A program made the translations under genes and the position numbers. A stretch of DNA of 61,532 nt, the filler included, from Rhabdomonas costata (lineage: Eukaryota), in assembly GCA_019059605.1 (NCBI GenBank). It is 12 parts of 12 records of this genome, joined end to end, with 100 filler letters (N's around TTAATTAATTAA, not from the genome) between each part and the next. Parts side by side here need not be neighbours in the genome. Positions count along the whole stretch, not along the records: positions 1 to 5,060 come from JAHMHO010000106.1; positions 5,161 to 10,259 come from JAHMHO010000107.1; positions 10,360 to 15,429 come from JAHMHO010000108.1; 9 more parts are not named here. One strand, written 5' to 3'. Each line of letters begins with the position of its first letter. The first letter of the stretch is position 1. Positions 1-10,466 of this stretch are shown piece by piece. The notes below the pieces were generated by a model, which saw nothing but the letters and a program-made list of their open reading frames with translations, ran no database searches and was not told the DNA's origin.

Positions 1-664
1 GCCGGGATCTCCACCAACAAGGATCACCTCTCCGCGCTGGGGATGGTGCAGCAAGGTGTGGCAGGCTCGAGGCGCAGGCATCGAGGAGTCGTCTACCGCA
101 ACTACTTCGTGCCAACCTGAATGAGACGAGCAAAGCGTACAAACTCTCCCTCAAACTGCAGTTCTTTCACTGCATTTTTCCGTTGTTGTCTGCCCCACCC
201 ATTCCAAACAGTTCTGCTTGTTCAAACTTCTGCTTATTAAACGTTTTCATCTTATCGTCATCCATAAAAAATACGGGGAAACGGGATGAGGAAAAAAAGC
301 AAGCTTGCCTTGCTTAACCTTTCAATTTTACATTGGTACAGCACGCCAAAGCAAGAAAAACCTTCATCAAATTACAACATTTCCAAAAAAAAAAAAATGA
401 GAAACCTACGCCTGCTCCATGAGTACTGTCTAAGTTGTTCTCAGCCTCCTTTGGAAACTCCTGCGTTGAATCAAGCACTGCGTGAAGTCCCTCAACCTGA
501 TCGAATTGCAAAGAATCCGCACTTGCACGGCTGCGCCGATCAACAAATCCATCACTTGGAGAAGATGGCAGCCTCAAAACCCCAAGAAAAAGAATTATGT
601 TTCCAAAAACAACCGAGCACAACAAGGCAGCGCTGATCACCGCACGCAAAAGCCGGGATTTCAT
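1..664 (-). CDS. Kelch-repeat protein with N-terminal membrane anchor (5' part, truncated at window start)
   Basis: Exon 664-~405 reads MKSRLLRAVISAALLCSVVFGNIILFLGVL (hydrophobic anchor). After a CAG acceptor, exon 116-1 reads WHEVVAVDDSSMPAPRACHTLLHHPQRGEVILVGGDP, a typical kelch blade (W...P.PR..H.....ILVGG). Confidence 0.6.
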
Positions 665-1571
665 CTGCACAGGCCAAAGCGAATCATACTACGAAAGAGC
701 AGCACTGAGAAAAAATTCATTCGTTCCTTCAAAGAGGCCGTCTCGACTCTCAGAGGGTTTCTGAGCCAGTCCCCCGCCAGATGGCATCACACTTGCATTT
801 TCAACATTCTTCTCATGTCCATATTCTCACCTCCAATACAACTCAAGCTCCAAGCTCTCAACAGCTCTCAAGAGCTGGCAGCTCTCTATCATACCTTCAA
901 CAAAAAACAGCAAAAGCACCCGAAGAGCAGTGCAGATTCAAAGGTCAAAGGTAGGTCAAAGGCAAAAGTTGCGCATTCACGATTGTTAGAGCACAAATAT
1001 TAACCACCACGTTTCTTTGATAATGTATTGGCGTTTTGCAATGAAACCCGGAAGCTGCATGGCAATTAATGTCGGTAGCAAAGCTAGCAAATTAGCAAAT
1101 TAGCAACCTAAGAAAACACACCTCCGCAAACGCCCCAGCAAATGCCCCGCATAACTTATCCCAGCCTAGTGTCCCTGCACATAAACCACCAATAAACTGC
1201 TCCACGGCACTGGCCTTCACCTGGGTTCCCGCCAACAACGCATGAGAAAAACATTCGAATAAAAAAGGCTTAAAGAAGAGACCTTGCGAGATTCTGAAAC
1301 CTAAGCAAAGACCGTAACCGAATCGGGACCCCAGCAGTATCGTATTCACATAAACAAGTGTGTTTTCTCAATAGATGCAAAAAAACGAGTATGCAAAAAA
1401 CGAGTTGGCGCAAGGTCCAAGCAGAAAAAATGAAAGTGCGAAGTTTCCGCTCCCGTCTTTGGAACCGTAACTTTCCGTTTTAATTTTATCCGCTTTCTAT
1501 ACATAATTTATCGTGGAAAACAACAGCAGACTCAACCTTTTGAAATGAAGCAACAGCGAGATTGACAATGT

Positions 1572-2189
1572 TCACACAACCGCTGCATTGGACCGGCTCG
1601 AGGTATTCACACTGTGTCTCGCCCGCTTGTGCGGCTGGGCTTCAGCTGTTGCTTCCCTGTTCGAGGAGGGGGTCTCAGCGCTGCGCTTTTTCCTTGAGAG
1701 CAAAGGCACAGGCCAACAGTAGTCGTCATACTGGGTAGCAAAAGCGCGGAACGCGGCATAATGGTTCGAAAGTCCTGAACTCTCAGCATCTCGTGCACCC
1801 TTGCGAAAAAGCTGCGCCTTATGAGAATCGTGGAAGTCTTTTCTTCCCCACCACGAAGGGTAGACAAGCGAGCGATCACTGGGCTTCTTCCACTGGAGAC
1901 CGTTGTTCGCAATGTTCTCGCGCATCTTCGTTGTCGCATAAGGCTCGCCGTTGCATTTCTTCAGCTTTGCAGTAAGCTCTACCGCGGCCACAATGTAGCA
2001 TCCGAGCAGTGACTCACAGCCCTTCCACATGCGAGCGGCAGGATGGTTAGCATACGCAGCGCTTCCCGTCGGGTCGGTGTTTGCCCGATAGATCTGAAAA
2101 GCTTCAACAGCCTGCTTGGGAAGCCTTTTGGCATCAAGGCAACGAAGAGATTTCTTAATGTCAGGGAAGGGAAGAAAAGTGTTCACCAT
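1572..2189 (-). CDS. MSMEG_6728-like / pyrimidine dimer DNA glycosylase (T4 endonuclease V-like) family protein, intronless, with a basic NLS-like C-terminal tail
   Basis: ATG at 2189. MVNTFLPFPD...LDAKRLPKQAVEAFQI...NHPAARMWKG...PSWWG...HDSHKAQLFRK...YCWPV follows the family pattern MQTFLP..D....LD.KRLGKQRVE..QI...HPA..MW.G...P.WLG...H.SH...L.RK...Y.WP. The tail contains RKKR and HKRAR. Confidence 0.85.
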   Translation of the reverse strand: MVNTFLPFPDIKKSLRCLDAKRLPKQAVEAFQIYRANTDPTGSAAYANHPAARMWKGCESLLGCYIVAAVELTAKLKKCNGEPYATTKMRENIANNGLQWKKPSDRSLVYPSWWGRKDFHDSHKAQLFRKGARDAESSGLSNHYAAFRAFATQYDDYCWPVPLLSRKKRSAETPSSNREATAEAQPHKRARHSVNTSSRSNAAVV

Positions 2190-3086
2190 TGATTCACAAT
2201 GGAAAATAATTCGGAGGGTGAAGAAACAGCTGAAGAAACCCCAATACCTATGCAGCGAGGAATATGAAGAAAACCCCAATCACCTGTCAAATTCTCTTAC
2301 CTTTCGTCTCTGTCCTTTCTTTTCCAAAGCAACAACTCCCTCTTCCTCCTTTCTCTTCCTCCGCGAATACCGCAGCGAAGCTAAAAAAAACATGTTCATG
2401 AAACACTTTTATGCTGTTGGACATGAAATTTACAGCAGAATGCCACTAGAAATCTCGGCAAATGAGGATGAGAGCCTCCCAGCACCGGCAACCATCTGTT
2501 GTTTTTGCAAATGTTTCACGGCTCAGTGTGACGTTTTTTTCAGCTCAGTGGTCCTGGCGCACCGGTACTCAGTCATTAGATTTTCGAGTCGAAGCACGCT
2601 TCATCAAGTCGATTACCACAAAGGATTTCTCCCATTGTTCGTCATGCCTTCATATTTAACTCGGTCGTACAGATATGCTTGAGACACACGTTTCCTTTTC
2701 TTTGAAAGTTTCGTCACCAGAGGTCAATTCTTGCGTCATCAAACAATGGGCAACATACTCGTATTTTTCGACTCTCTTATCTTCCAGCCTCGAACAAACG
2801 AACCAGGCGCGCCCTGCTACAACGGCAGACATAGCATACCCATAGGAAGAACAGTTTCCCTTCGTCTTCACCTCCTTCACCTGCACGGAGCTTTAACCGC
2901 CTCATTTCAGTGCAAAAGTAGTGACAAAGGAGTTTATCCGTAGCTCCTCAGGTTCCGGCATCCTGATTTCACTGCAAGAATGAACTTCACTTTTGTCTGG
3001 TCTCACAACCATGACAGAACACAAACGTACATCTCACTTCAACGGGAACTGTACAATGGCACAACAAATCAACGGCAGCACGGCTT

Positions 3087-3242
3087 CTAAGTCTGCGTCT
3101 GCACTTTCGACTCCCCACTGGTGCTTTTACTTCGCTTATCGTCCGCATTTTGCTCAGGACTGATGCTCGATTGCTTCGCTTCAATGTACTCCTCGAGATC
3201 TTCGCTCCCAAGTTCTATGCGGGTGGGCTTCCGACGGAACAT
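3087..3242 (-). CDS. CDC26: Anaphase-promoting complex subunit CDC26 (APC12), 51 aa
   Basis: ATG at 3242 gives MFRRKPTRIELGSEDLEEY, matching the conserved CDC26 N-terminus MLRRKPTRLEL..DD.EE(F/Y), followed by a short low-complexity tail. Confidence 0.85.
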   Translation of the reverse strand: MFRRKPTRIELGSEDLEEYIEAKQSSISPEQNADDKRSKSTSGESKVQTQT

Positions 3243-5060
3243 TATGGAAAGTAAAAAAGTGCACTGAAGCACCAACGAAAAAAAACGCCGTTCTGCCCAG
3301 CCCAGCCCACTTCCCGCTCGCACTTTCTCAGCATGAATGAGTAAGTATAAATTGCATTTTATTTCTTTGGAATGGCACGCACAGTTCTCCTGTTTGTAGG
3401 GGTTTGGTTCAAATGTTCAAACCCAGGCTTTTTCCACCGAATTTACCTGGACAGCAGATACAAAGTTCCACGTTGAAGGTCTTATCGGCTCAAAGCACAA
3501 ACCACAAGACCAAAGCTACCACTAACCAGCAACAGGTTGCGTGTCTGTTCACTTGCTGCGATAAGTGGTCTGTCGCCAAACAGGAAGCATCGGAAAGAGT
3601 TGTGACAACGTCGGCGGTGCCAAAGGTGGTGAATGACCTAATGTTCTACTGTACTCTTGTGATCCGCTAAACGAAAGCCTGGCGCTGCGCCCTGGGCGCT
3701 GCAACCTGCTGGGAGTGCGCTCAGATAGATTCTACTAAGTTTGTAATAAGGGGGTACGGGGGAAAGTATGTGGCACCCGTGATTGTAATGGGCGCAAAAT
3801 GGCGGTTAAAAGGCGCTTTTCTCTCGGTTGCACTCCGCTGCTCCAGTCAACGTGGAACTCCAAGCTGATTCTCTGCTTGGCCCCTGAACCTTCTTTCAAA
3901 AGAAGACGAACGCTACCAACGCAAAATACGTTCCTCATCGAGAACCCAAAACAAGATAGCAAAAAGGATCGCGGACAAATGTTGATAGCAAACGCTATCG
4001 TCTTTTTGCCTCTGTCACCAGGGGGGATGGTGCCGTCCTTCAGGCTTCTTGAACATTGGGTCGCAGCAGCACGGTGCATTAACGGCAAATCATTAAGGTA
4101 AATTACCCCATGAAGCAGCAGAAAGAGAAGCAGAAAAGACAGATTGGTTGATTGCCCCACGAAAAACACACCTCGTTTCACGCAAATCCCTTGTAAGTTT
4201 GACATTGCTTTCTGCTGTAAATGTAATGCCGCGCAACTGAGTAAATTCAAAATAATACTGTAATTGAAAGAAACGAAAAGGCAAAACTTCTCACATCATC
4301 TTGTATGCCGCGGGGCCCGAACTCATTCACGCGAGCCCCACCTATACGTTACTACGACAGTCTTATTTTTTTCATTTGGTCGACGCAGCGGTAATTGGGT
4401 ACTTTGATTTGGACGATGTGCTTTCTTTGTTTTGGAATAATCCATATTTGGGAATTTTCAGGACATTTCGGCTTGACCTTTGGTTGTGCATATGACGTTG
4501 TTGTGGTGACTTAGTTACTCTCGTGATTCTACTCACGACGTCACATAAAAACTGCGCAAAAACTGGTCGAAACTGTTGAAGTCTTCACTTCTTCATGCAT
4601 CAGCCTAACCATTGTGGTTTGGCACTTGGACACCTGGAGGAGCACACTGTTTATGTAGAGACATTTTGAAGAACATTGTGGCAAAGACATTAACGTTATG
4701 ACAAATCAGAACACCAACAACAGACCACAAAGACAACGACGAGAATGAATAAAATAATTGGGGGTGTCTGCGGAAACGCCGCAAAGTAGTTCCCTGTCTC
4801 ATTTCCTCCTTTTTCTTTTCCCTTTTGCCCGCCCCTCCCGTTCATGCGTTCTATCGTGATGTTTTCTTTAAAAAAAATTCAGAAGGCGAAGTTCAATGTA
4901 AATGGCACAGAAGGCGTTAGATGGCACTCTATTATTTGCCCCGCTGCAAATCTCTTGCCGTTCTTGCCTTTTTCCTATGAGAAAGTCACATTTATTGGTT
5001 CAGCTTTACAATCATGTTTTTCTTCACGTGAATGCCAGTGGATTTTTTTTAAAAAAAACA

Positions 5061-5160
5061 NNNNNNNNNNNNNNNNNNNNNNNNNNNNNNNNNNNNNNNN
5101 NNNNTTAATTAATTAANNNNNNNNNNNNNNNNNNNNNNNNNNNNNNNNNNNNNNNNNNNN
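5061..5160. other. Artificial contig linker (44N-TTAATTAATTAA-44N). Identical linkers at 10260-10359, 15430-15529, 20607-20706, 25753-25852, 30881-30980, 36006-36105, 41118-41217, 46210-46309, 51369-51468 and 56444-56543
   Basis: The same 100-nt structure with a six-frame stop sequence recurs 11 times at about 5-kb spacing. Confidence 0.99.
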
Positions 5161-5820
5161 GGTTTTTACATGCACTAATCTGGAATAAAGCAACTTCTTT
5201 AAAATTTAGAAGTTCAGACAAACCAGTATTTTTAAAGAAGTTGCTTTATTCCAGATTAGTGCATGTAAAAGCTCCTTCAAATTTCAAAACAATATACAAT
5301 GATACTTGTACATTCGTTGGTAATTCAATATACGATACCTTAGAGTCTGATAAAAAGTATTATTGCGACAAGGTCATACAGTGTAAGTTCATGTTCAAGA
5401 GATTTTTTAATATCTGTCATTATTTGTACTTTTTCTTCATTTAATTTTTCTCTCTTCTTTTTTCTGTTCTTTTTCGTTTTTGTTCTTGTTTTCCTAACTG
5501 AAATAACTTATCATTTTTAAATAGTATTTTGTGCTCTAAATCAAGCATTTTTGTTTATCAAGTTCTTTGTATAATTTGTCATAATTGTTTGATTTGATAA
5601 GTTGTTTGATTTTTGTTGTATCCCATTTTTTAATAATGAATTGTAATACTCTGAAATGTAATATCCGTAATTATTATTGTATTCTTCTAAATTTTCGATA
5701 TCTTCATCTAAATCAAGTTTTTTGTTTTCTACTTTTCTTTTGTTCCTATTTGTAGGTTTTTGATTAAGTTCTTGTTTAGCATTATGTAGAGCAGTCCGTG
5801 ATTTTATTAAGTGTTTTAAG
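5161..5820 (-). other. AT-rich island with broken K/N/E-rich coding-like sequence (foreign or virus-like)
   Basis: Two lines counted by hand are 20% and 33% GC, against much more GC-rich flanks. The minus strand reads ILKHLIKSRTALHNAKQELNQKPTNRNKRKVENKK... and continues in shifted frames. Composition changes abruptly near 5820. Confidence 0.55.
5164..5270. repeat. Perfect 41-bp inverted repeat (5164-5204 / 5230-5270) at a contig start
   Basis: ttttacatgcactaatctggaataaagcaacttctttaaaa and its exact reverse complement, separated by 25 nt. Confidence 0.95.
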
Positions 5821-5952
5821 ATGCTACCCATTCACTCCCAACGTAACAGGCTCGATGCTGACAAGGTCAGCTTCACACTCCACACCTCCCCCCGTCTCTC
5901 CGGCTCCAGTACTCTGGACACACCTGACAACCTGAACGGAACGCGAGAAAAC

Positions 5953-6030
5953 ATGTTTCGCGCATGCTCCGTCCCTCCACAGCACACTTCTTTCACACCC
6001 TAATTTTGTGTGTTCCGGAACCCACCCAAC
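5953..6030 (+). repeat. Dispersed repeat, second copy at ~10044-10250
   Basis: Blocks atgtttcgc(g/a)cat(g/a)ctccgtccctc and ccctaatttt(g/t)tgtgttccggaacccacc occur in the same order and orientation at both sites. Confidence 0.75.
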
Positions 6031-6816
6031 CCACCGAAGCGATGCAGAATTACTCTGCCACGACACTGTGCTGTACCCTGACCACTTGACTTTGCGTGTG
6101 CGAAACAAAAGATTGCGAAGCAAGCGGATGGGTTCGTGTGGCCCGGGTCATCTCAAAAGTTAGAGGGAGGGGTAGACACGCAACGAACAGGCCGAGAAGA
6201 GGTCAAGACCACCTCCAGGTCAACCCAGTTTTTTCACCACCACTTTTTAGCTTCAAGTCCGAAACCGCCTGATTTTGAGTGCACTTTTTTCAGTTCTGAC
6301 ATTTTGAGTTGGCGCGGACAATGCTAAGTCCTCACGGCTTAAGCTGCTGGGTTTTTTTCTGGTTTCCCGAATGCGGTGCGATATACGTGAACACACAGCA
6401 AATCATGGCAAAATCACTGACCCTCGTTTTTCAGTGTTATTGAAAATCGGGTTCGCTTTTTGCCCATCGATCGGAAACACTCCCAGCGTACTATCATAAA
6501 GAAGCAAAAAACAGGCGCTCGTTGGTGTGTCGCCTGGTGTTGGTTGAAAGCGCATGCACCCGAGCACCAGAACACACCCATATCACCTTCAAAAAGACAG
6601 TTCTATTCCCCGAAACTTCGCGTATGGCATGGTGTACACGTTTGCAAGGATCGGAGATCAACTCGAAATCGCAATGCAAATTTCATACCTTATTTTGGCC
6701 TGCCAGGACAAACCGTCCACTACATGGGATTCGCTCTTTTACACGCGCACTACAATGCAGTTTAGAGACCAGCTTTGCCTGTGCCTTTTTTCCTTCCCTC
6801 TCAGCTTCCACCACCG

Positions 6817-9755
6817 ATGCACGCCAGTGTGGGCAAGTCGGAGGGGGTTGGCTTTGACGACCTTCGGCTGCTCCCCGACGAGTACATCAAGTTTCCCATC
6901 AGCCGCGTGGGGGTGCGGTACGACGACTCCTCGCTAACTCAGTTCCAGATCGCGTACGAGACCCTAGAGGGCACAGCCCAACCCGAGGCGCACGGGACCG
7001 CAGGGGACTACGGCGGGGTGTTCTACCTGGACACCAACAAGGAATTCCTCGCGGGAGTCAACATCCGGTGCGAGTCCGACAAGGTGGTCGCGATTCAGTT
7101 CGTCACCAACACAGGCGTGCGAGGAGGAAGGGGGAGTAATGTTGGATCTGACACTATTCTCATTCCATGCGTCCATCTTTTTTTCTCACCCTATCCACCC
7201 CCCACTGCGCTTCCTTCTCTCACACTCCGAGAGTGCTGCTTAATCGTTGGGCGTTTGTTGGTTTGCGGAATGGCGAGGGTCTCTCTTTGCCTGGATATTA
7301 AGGATTTGTCTGTTGCGTCTGACACATGACACATGGTTTGGGAGAATGGTCTTGCCGAGTGTCAAGGTTTATCGACGCTTCGAAAGGAAGGAAGGGATGG
7401 GAATCCTGTTGGTGAAGGGAATGACTGTCATTTCAAGCGTGTGCGCTTTTGCCTCACTCCCACGCATACCGTAGATGTTGGAATTGTAGCCCGGGACGAA
7501 TTGTAGCCCAGGGGTTTTAACACACCAAAAAATAGTAGGCCGGGCTGTTATTGCTTCACAAGAGGAGCTAGAGACGGAGCCGGAGGACGAGCTCCTCTTG
7601 TTCAAGCAGCAAGTTGTGAGAAGTTTTTTCCAACATTACTTTGTTGTGCTGTGCTGTGGTGGTTTCTATCAAAGCCGAGGGCCTGAATCCCAGAGGATAC
7701 GGGGGCATTAGCACCCTCACCTGTGTGGCTGTGTGGCGGAAGGGAGGTAGGAATGGTTTCTCGACGTGCAGCAGAACGTGCTCGAATGGTAGCCCGGGGG
7801 TCGAGCCTGCCCCCGAAAAATAGTATGCATGTCTCAGCAAAGGTTGCCCCTTCAATCGCTTCGGGATTGACATCGAGGTTCATTAGCGTGGTCCCCACTC
7901 TTCGGAGATCCACCCGTGGTGTAAGTTAGCTCTGCACATGCTTTCCACCCGATGGGGCACAGGGGTGCAGATGCTCGCAGAACTCGGAACCTCGCCCGAG
8001 CAACTATTATAGGACAGACCAGCGACAGGAATACAGGGCAACAAAAGACTTCAGTTCGGAATGTCACAGACTAATCACCAAAAAATGTTAAGTCTGGCAA
8101 ATAGTTCCAAGTTGTTAGGCGAGAAGGCGAGAAGGATAAGACACACAGCAAAGGCGTGACAACGGCGCGGTGGAAGTTCAGAGTGATCAGCCGTATCAAA
8201 CGTCTCTTTCTTTCACCACTTTGCGCAGTCTGCAAAGGACGTAAAGTAACGTCGATATTCCTTTTGAATCATAGAGAAAAAGGCACTAAAATGCCCAAGT
8301 GACGTTCCTCCTGTTTACTAGTTCCCTCCACTCATATCCCAGCAACAGTTCCCATCCTTAGCAGGTAATTCTGGGAGCATGTGTATGTATGTGAGAGAGA
8401 GATTGAGAGAGATTGGTTTCGAGTTTCCACACACGCAAGCGCAAGCAAAGGGGGCCTTGCTCAGCGAAGCAAACCTGCACGTGACACCTGTCACCACTGC
8501 CCGCCCCCCGCAGACCGGAAGTCGATCTACTTTGGCCACCCCACGAAGGGGAGCGAGTCAGTGCTGCGCCCAGGGATGATCGTGTCCTTCTGGGGGTATG
8601 TCAAGGACGGCCGCATCAAAGGGCTGGGGTACCACTACGTGCCGGTGCGTACCCCTCTGGAGCGGTGGGAGGGGAGAGAAAGAAAGGGGTCTATTTTCGG
8701 TCTATTTTCTTGTGTGTGTATGTGTGGGGGGGGTTTATTCGGTACGCCGTTATACGGTGTAACACCGACACAACGGATTTATTCGATGAATTGCGGGGTC
8801 CCGGCTCCGCCTACACATCCTTCGGTACATGTTTCGGTTTTATCGCCACTTAGTATTGAAATTCGCCCCCAGGCAACGTCCCCGCCTCAGCCGCCCGCCG
8901 CTGGCCTTCATCCCTAAACCAATCCTGTCCTTTTGTTGGCTAAAAACAGCAAGGAACGTGATCCTGCCACCAGCAGTGACCAACATGAAAGACAACGGAA
9001 CAGCAAAAAAGTCGTTTTTTTCATGAACCGCCCGATGTTATATGATATAACCGTTTATGAAGAACCGTTTAACGCCCCCCCCCCAATAGACCAGACTGGA
9101 AAACGCAGCACACAGCACTTTTGCTTGCATGCACGATCGACCATAAGTAGCAGTGAGGGCCAATGTAAAGGTTTTCTTTTTTTTTTCGGGAACCGTGGTC
9201 GAAGTTGTCGCAGTTTATATTGTTGGCTGGTTGAAGTTTATATTGTTGGCGTGTTGCTTTGGTCGGCACACGCACATAACGCCAGCTTTCTGCACTCTGC
9301 CATTCATAACATTGTGATGAACAGCGTGTTTTCTGAACCTCAGTGGTTTTCAAACGTAACAATCCGAAACGTAGAAAAACAATCCGACCCGAAGAAAAGC
9401 ATAAAGAGAAAAGAAGTATACACTTGCCGTGATCTCGGGCTCAAACACGTACCACGTACGGCGCAATGGGGCTCAAACAAAAAGTTGTGTAAGATTGTGA
9501 TGGGGATTGGGGGAATAGTTGGATGTGTTGGTTGGCTACTTGGTTGATCGGTAGGTTGTGTGCATGTCAGCGTGTGTCATCGTCGTCTTTTAATACTACT
9601 TTTTTTTCTTCTTCGCCGCCAAAGGAAGTGACCGTTGTTCTGACGGACTTCAAGTATCAGATTCCTTCCGGTGGGGTTGCCACCACCCCATCCAATTTGA
9701 TCACGCTGGGGCCTTCGGAGAACCACACCAATTCCCCCCAAAACTACAACCAGAG
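6817..9755 (+). CDS. Jacalin-like lectin domain followed by the start of an aerolysin/ETX-MTX2-like domain (natterin-like); 3' end missing
   Basis: Exons 6817-7114, 8514-8644 and 9625-9755 give MHASVGKSEGVGFDD...ISRVGVRY...FQIAY...HGTAG...FYLDTNKEFLAGVNI...VVAIQFVTNT-DRKSIYFG...IVSFWG...IKGLGYHYVP (jacalin beta-prism pattern), then EVTVVLTDFKY...LITLGPSENHTNSPQNYNQ. Confidence 0.75.
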
Positions 9756-10466
9756 GTGTGCCTGTGCCTCCTCCCGGCGCTTCGTACTGCTCGTTCCAAG
9801 CATCTCGGGACCTCCCGTCTCGTTCCCCTGCCATGCATTTCGGTCCATTTCGTGTTTCCCTCGCGCAGCGTGTCGTACAGCGACACTTTCACCCACTCCT
9901 ACACCTTTGCCCGTGGCATCAAGGTGTGTCGGTGAGCCCGACCCCCCTCCCCCTTACCGGCTGGCTTTTCTGGGTTGTTGCCGCCATGGAACAGCAGTGA
10001 CAAACTGTTTGAGAGGATGAAGGTGCGTAAAACAGCTAAAGAGATGTTTCGCACATACTCCGTCCCTCACAGTACCTACCCACCAGTAGCAACCGGCATA
10101 ACTAACAAAAAGAGCATGAGCTGAGATCCAACCATTCTACATCCAACACTCGTTGACACCACGCACACAACCCGAACCCCTCGTACGTACGCACACAACC
10201 CGTACACCTTATTTCATTACCCTAATTTTTTGTGTTCCGGAACCCACCCCACCCCACACNNNNNNNNNNNNNNNNNNNNNNNNNNNNNNNNNNNNNNNNN
10301 NNNTTAATTAATTAANNNNNNNNNNNNNNNNNNNNNNNNNNNNNNNNNNNNNNNNNNNNGGTTTGTTGGTTAGCATCTGTACCATCCTTCTCAGCTTTGT
10401 CGGAGGGACTTTGGGTGGGAGAGGAAAAATAGAATAGAAGAAGAAACCCTTATGATGCAGCTGCAG

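Noticed and set aside
5105-5116. Regularly spaced TTAATTAATTAA as a biological repeat or CRISPR-like array
   Set aside because: It is always embedded in 44-N flanks, so it is an artificial six-frame-stop linker. Genes on different contigs are therefore not neighbours.
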